Positions 19,395 to 20,089 of a stretch of 20,089 bases of DNA are shown one piece after another. Every line of letters begins with the position of its first letter. The stretch's first letter is position 1. Under the pieces are notes generated by a model. That model was given only the letters and a program-made list of their open reading frames with translations, did no database searches and was not told where the DNA came from. The stretch covers positions 1-20,089 of the forward strand of contig NW_021824009.1 of assembly GCF_006345805.1 (NCBI RefSeq), written 5' to 3'. The position numbers and the translations under genes are program-made. The DNA comes from Octopus sinensis (lineage: Eukaryota).

Positions 19395-19399
19395 CATCC

Positions 19400-19456
<57 letters not shown>
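19248..19456. repeat. (GT)n about 19248-19298 and (CTAT)n/(CCAT) about 19347-19456
   Basis: Direct reading. Confidence 0.9.
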
Positions 19457-19543
19457 CACAATGCATGCAATGATGGTTTCTCACTTCACGAAACTAGTTG
19501 AATATTGTGCCATTTATAAATCTCAGAAGATTTACCGTCTTAC

Positions 19544-19586
19544 CTGAATAAAGTCGCGGACAGGAACTCCGTTCACCATACGTTTG
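19544..19586 (-). other. Candidate 43-nt minus-strand exon
   Basis: Minus strand gttaattctgtcgtgttttctttgcatAG|caaacgtatggtgaacggagttcctgtccgcgactttattcag|GTAAGA: good polypyrimidine tract, strong donor, GC-richer than flanks. Confidence 0.45.
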
Positions 19587-19939
19587 CTATGCAAAGAAAA
19601 CACGACAGAATTAACGTATCTTTCAATTAAACATGTAGAGATTATCATAGTTTAATTATGGTTATGAGATCCGAATATCAAACGAATATTTATTGAAGAC
19701 AATGAGTTAAACTAATTATAGAGTGAAGTTATTGTTGTTAATAAATTTGTGAAACGATGCTGAACATACTGAGTGATTGAGTGAGTTAAGATGTTTACTG
19801 GGCTGGTAATATTTGGATTTGGAGATATTTTGATTTGATGTACATATTAACGATGTAGGCGTATTATTGTGTATGAGATTATTGCATCATCAAAGCGAAT
19901 ATGTGCGTCTATCGTGTGAGTGAATATAAATGTTTTTTA

Positions 19940-20089
19940 CGTTTTATCTTTGACTTGTTGCAGTCATTGGACTGCAGCTAATTTGTGTTATTGGCTTGAA
20001 AAAGCTTCAGTCCAACAAATCAACCACATTAATTATTTTCCTTTAAGCCCGGTACTTTTTCTGTCGGTCTGGTGTACCGAACCGCTAAG
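19940..20089 (-). mobile_element. SINE 3' half, running off the window end
   Basis: Minus strand cttagcggttcggtacaccagaccgacagaaaaagtacc...tgcagtccaatgactgcaacaagtcaaagataaaac; homologous to 16179-16325. Confidence 0.75.

Overview
Very AT-rich, microsatellite-dense eukaryotic DNA. The dispersed repeats look like those I associate with coleoid cephalopods (Octopus-type tRNA-derived SINEs); this is recognition from memory, not a database search. Most of the window is intronic or intergenic. It holds about 15 SINE copies or fragments, a 5'-truncated decayed CR1/L2-group LINE (9879-11670, minus) and a second 3' end of that group (15301-15589, minus). It also has a decayed R4/Dong-like RLE retrotransposon fragment (5427-6275), a deleted Tc1/mariner relic (14758-15113), a TTAA-flanked piggyBac-like MITE (14062-14282) and short repeats that may derive from Penelope-like elements. 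Nearly all ORFs in the supplied track are translations of simple repeats or off-frame TE relics. The best host-gene candidates are two minus-strand exons with good splice sites (6625-6939 and 19544-19586); their product is not recognised. The most interesting observations are three hammerhead-ribozyme-like motifs, one with an intact core in type III order (15851-15953), and a LINE/SINE shared 3' tail with a covarying stem-loop. Others are a 36-nt locally templated patch replacing the LINE's RT catalytic motifs, long fold-back palindromes, and serial SINE insertion into one target site. No rRNA, intact tRNA, CRISPR or prokaryote-like system was seen.
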